From Blasia pusilla (lineage: Eukaryota), in NCBI GenBank assembly GCA_050084515.1, contig CM114271.1, forward strand, positions 8,494,001-8,558,000: a stretch of DNA of 64,000 bases. Direction: 5' to 3'. The notes beneath the pieces are model-generated. The model was not told the DNA's origin, searched no databases, and was given only the letters and a program-made list of their open reading frames with translations. Positions 37,396 to 50,487 of this stretch are shown here, in pieces. The position numbers and the translations under genes are program-made. Numbering within the stretch: position 1 is the first letter of the stretch; each line of letters begins with the position of its first letter.

Positions 37396-40300
37396 ATGGA
37401 TAATTATGTTAAGCTCACTTGTGGCAGTCATCTGGCGGCCCTTCCTCAATCGGAAATCATTCGACTCCAAGCTCGTGAGTCTTTCAGAGCAGTGGATGAA
37501 AATTTTCTATCTGTTCGATTTCTTCTTCAAATTGGAACCATCTTTGTATCCAAAGATGTTAGGGTGGATGGTACGGAAGACATAATAGGTGAGACGGTCC
37601 AGCCAGTGACCTCAGACCGTAAAGTATGGAATCTCCTACCTCTACCAAATGGTCAATACAGAGTTTACGGCCCTTTCGACCGATTTGTTTCCCAAGTAGA
37701 CGGTCTAGAATTTCCTAGTGCTCCGAGCTCTACTTTTGCAACTCCAAGCTCTGCAGATCTGGCTTCGACTCCAACTTCGCACGCTCATAACAATGTTGTT
37801 TTTCCAGAAGAGATTCCGGATGTTATCAACCTCGGTGGATCTGCTTTCGGGCACCAATCGGGCCTCGTCCGCCTACTCGTTCTCTTGCGAGTATCGGCAA
37901 TAGTTTGCTTTTCGTCTCGCCCTTGAAAATTTTCAAGCACATTCTTGTCGACAAGCTGCCGCCCACGCACGATGGTAATTGCATTTTTGAGTTGCCTCCA
38001 CTTGCCGCTCTGCTCAAAAGAAGGATGGAGGGCGCTGAAGGGTATGGATGAAAAGTCTCGATTGTCATCGATGGTGCAGGCTTCAACGGACGGTGCTTCA
38101 ATTCAGATGGTCCTTGGATTGTCTCCCGCCGCCAATGCGTGGGAGCCTTGGAGTGTAGAAGTCCAAAGCATGCCCGTTTCTAGAGCGCAATGGCGAGTCA
38201 ATACGCCGCAATTCCCTCCCAAGAATGCAGAAACTCCATACGAGGTCGGTGCCACCATACCGGGGAGGCCATCGATGTCCTCATTGTCGCATCGCCCTTC
38301 TGCGTTGGAGCGTGTCTGCATACATATTTTTCATTGTCCACGACTTGGGCTCCACGCCGAGTATACAAGGCTGGCTGTCCATGTTGGCTCCCACACTCAT
38401 CCTGTGACCGATGCAATTCAAAGCCACATCAAGGAGGATGTGGCGAAGAAAGTAGCCGAGGTCTACAGAAACTCTCCGTGTTCAAAGCCCGGAGTGATCA
38501 AGCTCACAACGGCATCACAAATTTGTGAACAATTGCTTGGAATCCTTGGACAGGGCAAGATCACGGCGGTTGAGGAGAAACAACTCTGGGAAAATCTCGC
38601 ATTTCTCGCGGATCCTGAATGCTTCCGAATTTGCGTCGATACGAGTTCGGATGGAAAGACGGGCGAAATGGATGCCATCGCTAATCAAGGCCAACTTTAG
38701 ATTTCCATTCATTCAGAGATGGCAGTTCATGGGCCAAGGAGGCAAGGGATCCAGGGCCTATGTCTTTGAAATGTCAACCACAGGTCCGTCGAGTGGCCTT
38801 GATCTTATAGATCGAATGAGGGAAGGGGAAGATCTTTACGGGAGTTGGGTAAGCTTTGATATTTGCTCTGAGTCTTTGAACAGATGGTTGGCACGGGTGC
38901 TCACATTTATGACCATGTGGAGAAGGGACTCAAAACTATATTTGTCTGTGAAGTAAAGGCGTAAGACGCGTTGGCGGTTTGAAGATGTCTTTGGTTACTC
39001 TTCTTGGAGGTGGTGAAGGAAAACAAAAGGCCACCTCCGGAAATTTATGGGTTCATGGCGGACAATGCACAACCTGGGTGGATTGCTATCCGGGAAGTGT
39101 TCAGGGTGAGAGGTTCAACCGGAGAGGGAAAGGTCGGATGCTTTCCATTGGCAAATGATCTGTGACCCGGTACACCAAATCTTGCATCAAGGAGAATAAG
39201 AGGACAGAGCATGTCACTCTACTCCAACGCTGCAGGGATAGCAAAACCTTGAAGCAGGCCATGGAATGCCAGGAAGAACTTCATGGGTGGTGGAGGAAGC
39301 ATGCGATTGAGGGGAAGTACAAAGAGTTGTGCTCTTGGTTGAGTCGGTGGACTGTACGTATGAGACAATGGGGAAACTTCATGCGGCAGGTGAGTTCACT
39401 ATTTTGTCTTGTCAAGCTCACACTGAGAATTGTTTGTAAAGTTGTAGCTCAGGATGAGAAGCGTGGGAATTATATGGATTTCAAACCCAAGAAACCAAGC
39501 TAGCTGTCGGATGCGACGGGTTGCCCAAGTGTGCAACCCGACGGAAACTAACGGGTTGCCCAAGGGTGCAACCCGACGGAAACCGACGGGTTGCCCGAGT
39601 GTGCAACCCGACGGAAACTGACGGGTTGCCCAAGGGTGCAACCCGACGGAAACCGACGGGTTGCATCCAGATGTTTGGTGTCGTCCCGAGTGTGCAACCC
39701 ATCGGGACCCGACGGGTCCCAGAGTTGTTCATGGGATGCCGCCTTGCAACCCGTCGGGTTCCGACGGGTTGCAGTAGGTGGGTTTAAGGTTACAACACGT
39801 CGGGACCCGACGGGTCGAAGAGTCGTTCATGGGATGCCTCGAGCCTGCAACCCGTCTGGTTCCAACAGGTCGCTTATTTCTTTGACTTCAAGGTTATTTA
39901 CGTTCCCTTCTAACATTGCCGTCGTTGCAGGGATTGAACGTTCATGAAAATGCCCTCCGTCCCAACACAAGTGGAGCTGAAAGTGTTCATTCCTCTTGGA
40001 GGTCGTCACAAGCATGCCAACGAATTTCACTTGTGGAGGCATGCCAACAAGACCAGGCAAGAGCAATGCTACAGTCTGCATCATCCCATATCTTTCTCAC
40101 AAAAGGCATAACAAAAGGAAAAGGGCCGTCGATCTACGAGCTCTATGTCGATGTATTTGTGAGATCTCAGTGATGAAAAATTGTATGTCGAAGCCTTCAA
40201 CCGGTGCGTAGCTGGAACTCCACTCGAGCAAGACGTACACATAGGTGGGGATATTCGTGGGCGGGTTTCAAGACGTCCCATACAGATGGTGGTAGAGTAG

Positions 40301-41431
40301 TCCGAACGAGACTCGTGGAGACCAGATAAGTATCTTGACTTCAGGCAGGTGAAGAGGCAACATCGAGGAACGAATCAGGTGATTGATTTGGATGAGGAAA
40401 TTACACCGCCCAGGTATTCGGGGACCTCGGACCCGTCCCAAATCCGTGATGGAGTTACTTCTCCAAAATCAGTGAATGTTTTATTTCAAAAGCCCTCCGT
40501 TGCTGGAAGTTCGCAACATCCTGTCACTAGGGTGGTTCAACAATATGGGATTCCGGTAGTGGAGGTGGATTGCAACCTAAAACGGTGGCATATATCTCGG
40601 AGCAACCCAGGACATGGACCTACTTGCAGGGCAGGATCTGATGACATTAGGAGAGCATGCGGCACTTTCCTAAATAAGAACTGTACAAGGACTGGACGAC
40701 CTCTGCCTGGGTTTTGGGGACTCAAAACCTTTGATCGTTTCACGAGGACCGGGGATCAATTGAAGTACTTCTTCTGCCCAAATGAATCTTGCGCTTTCCG
40801 GAAGTCTTATCCGGCTGCCATTGGAGCTCCCGTGAATATCCCCACGATTTGGCCCATCGCCGCAGGCACGAACTGCACTCAAGACGAAGTGGACAATCTT
40901 ACAAGTGCCGGTTTGGACTCAGACGGGGAAGTTCGAGCATGTTTGCATTACTGAGAGACCTTCGTGATTTAGTATTCAACCCAAGATTGATGTCAACATG
41001 TACCCGGAGAAGGTGGATGATCTCAATCCATTATTTCTGTTTGAGTCCAAAAATGGGGTGAAGAGAAACAGAATGTGCAGGCCAACGGTGGAGAGAGCAA
41101 AGCGAATTGCATCAGCTCGGGAGGAAAAAATGGAGATCATTGCCACGAAAGATGTCTTGAGTGGCAATGGAATAGGAAGGATGTATTGGGTCAGGACAAC
41201 CACTGTAAATTCAAGTGTCATAGGGGTGTATGTGGTGCACATCTGTTGCTTTCCCACATGTTCATGTGATGACTTTGTCCAAAGAGAGACAAGTGGCAAA
41301 AGGTATTTCCTTGTAAGCACATGTACTATGTGTTCTTTGGTAGTTTTAAGAGAGTCGGAGGTAGGAGTAGGAATCCACCAACCAATTCATCCCTCAAAGA
41401 AGTGCGAAGTATTTTAAACAAACCACTTTGA
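37396..41431 (+). pseudogene. MULE DDE transposase with C-terminal SWIM zinc finger, copy B (intron 39390-39930)
   Basis: WVSFDIC (D, about 38858), FMAD (D, about 39061), DAFHW at the CxxH position, NTSGAESVHS (E, about 39979), and SWIM CSC...CKHMYY. Phase-0 intron CAG|GTGAGT...TTGCAG|GGA. Frameshifted. Confidence 0.85.
39500..39870. repeat. Palindrome array in the transposase intron, including four 35-bp tandem units
   Basis: CAACCCGACGGAAACYGACGGGTTG plus a 10-bp linker at 39534, 39569, 39604 and 39639. Confidence 0.9.
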
Positions 41432-41841
41432 GGATGCAAAATGAGGTTTTAGATTGTACTTTTATTTTTCCTCAACCTTCACTTTGAGCTTGAACTCTAT
41501 TCAGCCCGCGGAAAATGATAGATTTTTCCCAGACCTTGGATGGAAAAAGTGATTGGTTCCACACTTATGATTCCACTGATTTTTCAGTTTTCTAAATTTT
41601 GTGCAATTTGCAACTCGTCGGACTCACAGGGGTTGCCAAAATATGGAAGAGGAAAAAAAAACTGTGGGATTGTTGAATAAATGAACAAAAAAGTGCAAAA
41701 AAATTCACACAAAAAGTTTCCTCTCTTCAACCCAACGGAAACTCTCTTAAAAAAAAGTATCTATTTCGGTTGAAGGTAGTTTCCTCTCTCCTCTCTCCTC
41801 TCTTCCTCTCTTCCTCTCTTCCTCTCCTCTTACCGCACCTC

Positions 41842-42613
41842 CAAAAAGATATAACGCTCGTGGCCGGCGACTTTGTCCAAAATACTGTTAGTTAAAGGTA
41901 GGGGGTGATGGTCCTTTAAGGTGGCCGAATTCAATTTCCGATAATCCTGGCATACTCTGATTTTTCCCGTTTTTTTTTTGGGTACAATTACAATGGGCGA
42001 CACCCATTCGTTGCTTAACACAGGATAAATTATTCCTGCTTCGAGATGTTGGTCGATTTCGTCCTTGACTAACAACGAGTACTTTGGGTTGAGGCGATAC
42101 TGCCTCATCCGTACCGGGACCGCACCTTCTTTTAGGTCAATTCGGTGTTCACCATACCATGTTGGAATTCCTGTCATTTCATCCATGGAGTACGCAAACA
42201 CATCCAAATACTCAAACAATAACCTTTTGTACTTAATGAGTTCGGTTGGAGACAAATCCGCCAAGAGGCGTACAGACTTCTGACCTGTAATTAAGACCTG
42301 CACGTAGTCTTTTTCTTGAACCATATTTTCTGTGAACTCGAATGTGCTATGACCCAGCTTCTCTTCCTCTCGGGTTGACCTCTGTTTGCTAGGTACCGAC
42401 TTCTTGTCTATTTCATAACATTCTAAATAATACACATTATACGAGGACTCCGTAGCTGTAATGCGCTCTTGATCTGACATATAGCCTTCATCCGTCGGTG
42501 GCGTTTCTCCTTGGGGTGGTTGTGATTTCCACGATAGCTTGATGAGTCGTTTTGAGACCTGGTCCGGAGCCTGGAATGTGAATCGTCTCCTTTTCCAGTC
42601 CGTAGTCACTCTC
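41842..42613 (-). pseudogene. Gypsy copy 2 pol, part 2 (RT N-terminus) between two MULE insertions
   Basis: WVSPIVIVPKK...RVCQDYRKLN...RYIFL, bounded by TSDs. Confidence 0.92.
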
Positions 42614-44409
42614 GGGGGCTGGTATTCTGGCAGGAGAGAGTAAGAGAGGAGAGGAAGAGAGGAAGAGAGGAGAGTCTCTCTTCAAAAAAAAGGGCCAAAT
42701 CCGCCTCCTCTCTTCAAAATTTTTTGACATATTTGAAATTTTTGTTTGCTTTCAAATTCAAGAAATCTTTAGAAGAGAGTAGATAGTGGTCCACATTTGG
42801 CCCTAAAAAAACCTCCTCTTTCTTGGGGGCGAGAAAAAAGGAGACATCATAAGACCACCCTAAACATTTTTCCATCATTGTCCATGTGAGCCTAAGTTTC
42901 TTAACATTCCCTGTATCGGTCAACAAAAAGCAGTGCCCTTGATATTTTTGTTGGAGGACCACCCGGATGGGTACCTCTCTTTTTGCAGGGATTTTTGCCT
43001 GCATCATGGCCTCCCCTAAATTGCCCCATAACCAACTTTCTGTCAATTATGAATGGTGTCAGCTCAAGACCAACTTTCTGAAATGTGAAAAACTCAGATC
43101 CTAAGGCTCAGAAACCGAGAAGCTGCACCCCTCCCAACCCGTAAGAAAGCTCACCATAAGAAACGAACGATTTTTAGAAGTGATTTTCTTCCACCCTGCA
43201 CCCACGACAATCTAACGGGTTGGGAATCCGAAATGGCAATCCGACAGGTAGTAGGAATCTTGCACATCTTAGACAAGAAAAGAAGCCTGCAACTACTTGG
43301 ACGAATGAAGGGGAACGAGCCAAAAGTCAAGAAGCCCGCCACAATGCGTCAGAAGTTGGTCTCACCAGGATAGAGTCCGATCACTCAAGCAGTCAACCTC
43401 TCGGAATCCGAGAGGTTGCCTGGAAATGGTTAAAAAGTTGCAGTGGGCAAAAAGCAAAAAGTCGGAATCATACGGGTTGCAGAATTGTAATTCTGAGTAG
43501 CTAAAAGAACACAATCCACAAGTCCAAAACATATTCCAGAAAACTTTTACAAACACCATTATGGGTTGAAAAATCTCGCCCTTTATTACCTCCGAAGGAA
43601 CCTCGAAATGTACATTGAACCTAGTCTATGATTTCTTCACCTCGTCATCTACAAATTTACTCCTAACTCTCCTCGGTGATGCAGTACCAAAGGAATGTCC
43701 TGGGATTTAAGTGGCTCCTCCGGCGATTGTAGACGGGGATCGAAAATGTTGGCGAGTCGAGAGCCTTGGCCCCCCTAGGTACACCATAACGGTCCCATGT
43801 AACCTGTCTCGAGTCCCACCGCCTTCCTCGGTAGTATACCTTGTACGCTCTGCAATGTGACACCCATCCAATATCAATATCTGCTCCGTCCCCGGTAATA
43901 CCACCATGGCAACCGCACAGGTAGAAGGAATCCAACACGTCTAAGAGAAGAAAAGAAGCCTACGCCTGCCTTTACGAGTTGAGGGGAAGGTGCCAAGGGA
44001 AGAAGCCCGCTGATCTGCGTGATCCGAAGGGTCGATCGGCAACTGTCGGAATCAGACAGGTTGCCTAGAGGTGGTAAAAAGGGTCCAGTGGTCAAGAAGC
44101 GAAAAGTTGCAAGGAGGAGAAGTCCGACGGGTTGCAGTGGTCATAAAGTGAAAATTGCAAGCATGAGAAATCCGACGGGTTGCAAAGTAGAAGACCGTGG
44201 AGTACATAGACGATCACATTCGAAAAGACAAAATGATCAGCAAACATTTACAAGCACCACCATCGATCGAAAAAATCTTCTGCTTTATATCATCCGAAAA
44301 AAGCTCGGAACTGTACATTTGATCTATTCTATGAAATCTTTTGCCTCATTATCAAAAAACTCCCTACTCCAAACGCTGCAGTCAAGCTGGGTCGTTGAGT
44401 TCTTTGAAC

Positions 44410-47400
44410 TCACTCGTCATCGTCCGAGAGCTCTTGCAAAATCACTTTCGGCCTTGCCCTCCTAATTTTGGGAATCGTTGGAAGTGACGATGGAGTCACT
44501 ACCAAGGGTGGCTCTGGAACCGGAGCTCTCGGCTTCGGTGGAGAGTTGTACGCCCCAACGAGCCTTTTGTATTCTCGCTTTGCCTCCTTGCAAAGGTCAA
44601 CGATTCTGCCTTCCTCGGCGAGGAGAATGTTCCTGCCACTCTGCCAGGCGCCTTTGATACTCGCCCATGAAAGGCCCACTAAGTCGAACACCAAGTCACC
44701 CCGCCTTGAGTAGAGCTCGATGAGCGTTTGCATCAGGGCTGGCGACTTTTCCCTTCCTCCCAGAAGTGGGGTACTGTCTTGCATGTAAATTCCCGGGGGG
44801 GGGGGATTGTACAAACTATCTAAGCTGTACCCATCTGAGCATGGATCCACAGGATCCTGGATCTTGAACACCTGGAAATTGTGCTCGGGCCGAACGAAGC
44901 AGTACACGTAGGAGTGGTCCATCTGAAAATCAGCACAAAACAATGTCAGAAACTAAAGAAGTCGCCTTGAGAAGATTTTCAATAACTGACTTTGGATCAA
45001 CCTGTCGGAACCCGACGGGTTGCAGTTGCTTTTGGGTTTTCCAAGTTGATTTTGGTTTTCGGATGCAACCCGTCGGAAGGCGACGAGTTGCTCGCCTAGA
45101 CGAGCCCATGCTCGCCTGAGAGCAACCCGTCGCTATTACACGGGTTGCATCCAAAAACCAAAATCAACTACAACCCGTCGGGTTCCGAAAGGTTGAAGGT
45201 ACACCGCGGTTTTCCCTGTGTATGTGGGAAAGATGCAACCCGTCGGAAACCGACGGGTTGCTCTCAGCCGAGCATGGGCTGCTCTAAGCCAGCAACCCGT
45301 CGCCTTCCGATGGGTTGCTCACGGACAAAAAAAACCCAGATTGACTCATTCTACACATCATTATAAGATAATTGAAATTATTGTACAGGAATTGAGCCTT
45401 ACCCGAATCTGACTCGTCGCGGATCGGAGTGGATACTCGTTTTTGATGATCCACGATTGTGCCGTCCTCCACTTTAGCAACCTCTTGACGCACTGGAGGT
45501 TGAAGAGCTCGTCCTCGCTCCCTCCAGTCAATACCAAGAAGCAGCCCCCGCACACTCGGATAGGCGTCGCAAAGGAGAACAAAAGTGCAATCTGGTCATA
45601 AGTGAGCGCACATTCCACTCGGTACCTCGTCCGCCGGATTTTTCGCCCCCGATCGCAACCAGAGGGCAGATTGGCGATCAAGAGATCCACCGCAACCTCT
45701 TCCACCACTCCATTCACCGTCCAGGCAACGTGCCCGTTTTGTTGGAGCTTCCGTCCTAGCGTTGTCAATTTTTTGATGGCAGTTGTTGACGCTTGAGAAT
45801 CAAGTCATTCGGCTCATCCGAAAGAGGTGAATCGAAGGAGGACGCTTGTCCGGTCGTTGTTTGTCTGTGTCTTCCCAAGGATGATGGGTCAGTATTCTCC
45901 TTGGGACAACCCGGGCACCTCTCGCTTCCGCTTCTCCCTAGTCCAGGGACGGCTTGTCGGGGTTTCTATGACCTCGGATTCGGTGGCGTTTTCTTCGCCG
46001 AGGACCTGGTCCGACCCTCTCTCCTCGCTCGTCCGGACGATTCCGCCTCGGCCTCTCATCTTCAGGCTCTCTTTGGGAAGTCTCGGCCTCTGAATTTTTC
46101 CCTCCCCTCGCTTTCCTTTGAGACCTTTGTGGATTTGTCTTTGGTCTGTCCGGACCTTGGAAGCCAACTCGGCTATCTCGTGGGCTCGCTCTTCGCATCT
46201 CCTCCGAAGAAGTCTTCAGCCGACGAAATTGGGGATATCGTCTTGTCCCGAGGCCTTTGCATCATGAAGCACTCGTAAGTCCTTATCCGTGATGTCTTGT
46301 GGTCGTTGAAGTCGAGCCAAATGGGGCAATTCTCCACCTCCCAATCCGACATGTGTCGACCCATCTCCACGTTGTACATGGAGAATGTCTCGCATCCGTG
46401 GCGAAGCCCACAATTTCAAGGTCGCCGGTAATTTTCCCCACGCACTGCGTTCTTACACCGACGAGGTACCGAATACCATCCGTTGGGCAGCTTTTAGTCG
46501 AACATTATCGCCGTCTGCTCCTGTAGATCTCGCTTCTTCTTCGCTTGATCCCGTTTGTTACCCTCTACTTCTTCGTCAAGCTCGCTTTGAGGGAGGCGCA
46601 AACCTTGAACATGGTCTTGTATCCGGGGTTCTTGGTTGGCTTGTCCCGGATGTCGTCGAGCCAAACCTCATAATCTCGAGAACTTTCAAGGTTTGCTTCG
46701 GCGGAATGGGCTCTAATCTTCGAGCTCGCTTGCGCAGGCCGTCGGCCCAAAGACGGACTTCCCGATTACCCGCAACGCGTCCCAGAACGACCATTCGCGT
46801 AGCCAATGCGAGATCACTGGATCGGACACACCCTAAGGATGGTGTGCCGCCCTCTTCTGGGCCTCTGAACCCTCGAGACTGATTTTCATCAGTCGTATCC
46901 TCCTGAACTCGCTAATCCCGGATAACGCAAAACGATGCACGCGATCCAGCGACACTTTCTCCCCAATCCGACCATGCGGATCTTCATCCCTCTTCCGCTG
47001 ACGCTTGATAATCGCCTTCAGCTCCTTGTAGAACTCCGGACCAAGTTTGGGGTTGAGAATGCTCATGTATCGCTGCATCTTGCTCGCCGCGTATTTTTTT
47101 GCAGCAGATACAACAGCTTGGATGAATTTGGCGCGCTCAGACGCAGATACCTTCTCCCTCCGCTCCAGCTCCATTGCAGCGCTTTTCTTCGCGGCCTGTA
47201 TCTTCGACCTGCAAAGGATGGTTACTGCTGCATCTTGAGAAATAAACTTGTTTGCCCAAGTTTTCTTCTTAATCTGAGCACCCTTTGCAAGCATCTGATT
47301 GACAAGGGCATCGCCCAAGAACCCCCTGTACTCTCCCGAGTGCGTCGTAAGCACCTTCCTCACCCGATCGCAGTCCTGGATCCAATGGTGGGTGACATTC

Positions 47401-49188
47401 CCTTCCGATACAATCCTGCACATCCAAACTCAACCCGTCAGGAAATTACATGGGTTCCTGCAACCCGTCGGAGTCCGACGGGTCATCACAGCTCAGGGTC
47501 GGATTCTAGCAACAAGCTAAATGATGCAACCCGTCGGAGTCCGACGGTTTGCATTCAGATTTGCTAATGCCAGGTAAGCAACTTGTCGGACTCCGACGGG
47601 TTGCTGGACTGCACGCTTTTTCGGATGTTTTGTTAAGATTGCAACTCGTCGGACTCCGACGACTTGTTTGATTGAACATAGATTTAACTAGTTTTTGGCC
47701 CAAAACAAACCGTCGGAGTCGAGTTGCACTCTTCAAAAAAAATCCTCACAAGGCGGCCTGTCGAGCAACCCGTCGGACTCCGACGGTTTGCTTTGGGCCA
47801 AAAACTAGTTATATCTATGTTCCATCAAACAAGTTGTCGGATTCCGACGAGTTGCAATCTTAAAAAAACATCCGGAAAAGCGTGCAGTCTAGCAACCCGT
47901 CGGAGTCCGACGAGTTGCTTTCTGCCTAAACAAACCTAACCCATTCATCAATCGAGCAACTCGTCGGAGTCCGACGAGTTGCGAAAGTGTTAAAGATACT
48001 CACGTGTTCATGGCATGCATTGCCATCTCCACCGTCGCCATGTGATGAGGGTATGGGTGAAGGACCACTGCCTTCACGCAGAAATGTGCCTCCAATGAGT
48101 TGGGCGCTCCTCCTCCAAACTTGGTCCACGCCATGAACTGTGATTTCCATCCTAGATGAAGAAATGCAGATTCCTCATCCGGCTGAATTCCGTGCCCTCA
48201 ACTTGCCTTCAAGTCCTGGTCTCGCATCCTCCGAGAATGTGTCGAGATTTTCCAAGTCCTCCTCGGTAACAGAGCTTGGGTTCCATGCTCGTCGTAAGGC
48301 TGAACATAGAAGGAGGAAAGCTGTCCACGAGGATGTTGTCGCCCGATTGTTTTAGCTTTGCGATGTCCTCGTCGGATCAGATTTGTGGACGTATTCCATT
48401 GTCCTTAATCGGCAGAGTGGAATCCTCGGGGCGTTGTGGCCCTCCATGAGTGCCATCTGCTTTACCACCTATCAGAACCGGGACAAGAGGAATAAGCTAC
48501 ACTGAAATCCCAATGAATTGCAATTCACATAATTAAAAAAACCCAGAACCTCTCTTACCCGCTCAAAAATGGAGTCGGTTTCTTGACCAACTAACTTGTC
48601 TGAGACAAGGGCTGGCAGATCGACTGGGAACTCGTCGATCCAATAGAGGTCGATGTCCTCCGCCAGGCTTGGAGTCGAGAATGACCGCTCTCCGGCTTCT
48701 TCGGCCATGTCCACCATCTCCACGCTGGCGGTCCTCATGACCTCGTCGTCATCGATTTGAACTGGTGTTGTTTCCACTATATTGATTGTGTCCCCGGACT
48801 TCGTGGGGGACATTTCCCTCATCTCAACACTTGCGGTTGGACGGGCTGGGCTATCGTCAATGGCTATCGCTTTTTCCCGCCTCGCTTTAGCCAATTCTGC
48901 CCTCCTCAACGACGCGTCCAGACGCTTCTTTTCTCTCTTTTCGTCGGCGATCCTTTTCTTCAAGGCCTGCGACGTCTCGGCCTCTTCGTTCTGTTTATCT
49001 AGCGCCGCTTGAACGCGTCTCGCCAGAAGCACTTGGTTGTACATCTCCGCTTCCCTTTCCCGCTACTTGATTTCTTGTTGCCTAATTTCATTCGCCGAAC
49101 GAGGCCCAGGAGAAGCTGACGCAGGAGTCCTAATGGACTTGGGAGTGAAGCTCCCAGACTTGTTGGCTTGTGTTGTTTTCCTCGTCAT
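44410..49188 (-). pseudogene. Four-exon ParB/Srx-domain plus amino-methyltransferase-like gene, copy C
   Basis: Exons are about 49188-48559, 48468-48004, 47415-45403 and 44922-44410, with all three introns GT-AG. Motifs DGNH, VDLLIANLPSG and EKSPALMQTLIELYSRRGDLVFDLVGLS. Confidence 0.78.
47460..47985. repeat. Palindrome array in intron 2 of copy C
   Basis: About 9 copies of the 25-bp palindrome between exon 3 and exon 2. Confidence 0.88.
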
Positions 49189-49559
49189 TTTTTCCGGAAA
49201 TGCCTCCACCTATGCCCACGAAAAATCCCTTGATCAGTTGCCTTGCTGATGTCGAGATGGGAGCTCGTCTCGCCTTGATGGTTAGCTCGAATCGTCCCGA
49301 TATCGCTCGGTCGAACCGTCTCGCTCTCGTTCCCTCCTATCGACTCGCGATATGTCGCTGCGTGAAATGCCCCTTCGTATCTGATCAGCTACTGCGTGGG
49401 AGAGTGAGGAGTGAGGAATGAAGATCGCGAAATGAGAAACTGGAAATGAGCGATTTCTGCCCTGTTTATACTTTTCTAGCCGTTGGGCTGACCGTTGGGT
49501 CCCGTCGTCCTTTCGACGGCCACGTGCCGGATGTTACGGAAGTCTGGACGTGAAAAATC

Positions 49560-50280
49560 ACAACCCGTCGGAGTCCGACAGGTTGCGCGGCTCCGCCATC
49601 TTGGGTACGTCGCCACGTGCGCGAGCAACCCGTCGGAGACCGACGGGTTGAGCGCCTCCGTCGTCTTCGGAAAAGAACGCGAGGTACCCGCACAACCCGT
49701 CGGAGACCGACATGTTGCGCGCCTCCGCCATCCTGCGAACGTCGCCACGTGCGCGAACAACTCGTCGGAGACCGACGGGTTGAGCGCCTCCGTCTTCTTC
49801 GGAAAACAACGCGAGGTACCCGCGCAAGCCGTCGGAGACCGACATGTTGCGCGCCTCCGCCGTGTTTGGGACGGGAACGGGACGTATTTTGGGCAATCCG
49901 TCGGAGACTGTTGGGTTGCACGCTTCCCTCATCAAGGGTTAGGAACGATGGCTTCCCGTGCAAGTCGTCGGAGTCTGGCTGGCTGCACCACAAGGCGACG
50001 CCCTTGCGCAACCCGTTGGACGGCGACGGGTTGCACGCCTCGCCGTCTTTGGGCTAAAAGGCGAGGCACCCGCGGAACTCGTCGGGAACAGACGGTTTGC
50101 ACGCCTCCGGCATCTTCGAGCAAGAAGGAGCGGTATCCCAGCAAGTCGTCGGAGAGCGACGGGTTGCTCGCTTTGACAATGTTTCGCAGAAGCGTGCAAC
50201 CCGTCCGATGCCGACGGGTTGCAGGCTTCGGTAAGCTTCGGGTAATTTCTGAGTTACCAGGACTCGGACGGGTTCCAAGT
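49560..50280. repeat. Palindrome array in the divergent intergenic region of copy C
   Basis: Same 65-69 bp periodic array as 36470-37190. Confidence 0.9.
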
Positions 50281-50487
50281 GATGCGCAACCCTCTGCTTC
50301 CCAAATCCGGTAACATATTGCAACAAAATTGAATGTGTTACAGAATTGGATCCATTGTGTCAGATATTCTCCCCCACCGAATTCATCTTGTCAGTAAAAA
50401 TTTGTCAGGAGTATCTGTTTCCTATTCACTATAAATTAAATATTCTCATTCTCATTCTCAGTCTCCTCCCGTAGGAATCTTCTTGGA

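Larger units (their letters stand above)
29749..41841 (+). mobile_element. Full-length Mutator-like element copy B (about 12.1 kb)
   Basis: 9-bp TSD CAAAAAGAT at 29740-29748 and 41842-41850. Termini GGGGCTGGTATTCT... and ...CTCTTACCGCACCTC. Encodes a MULE transposase. Confidence 0.93.

Noticed and set aside
29749-41841. Helitron or other HUH element suggested by the hairpins
   Set aside because: No HUH or helicase motifs and no TC...CTRR ends; 9-bp TSDs and DDE motifs indicate Mutator.
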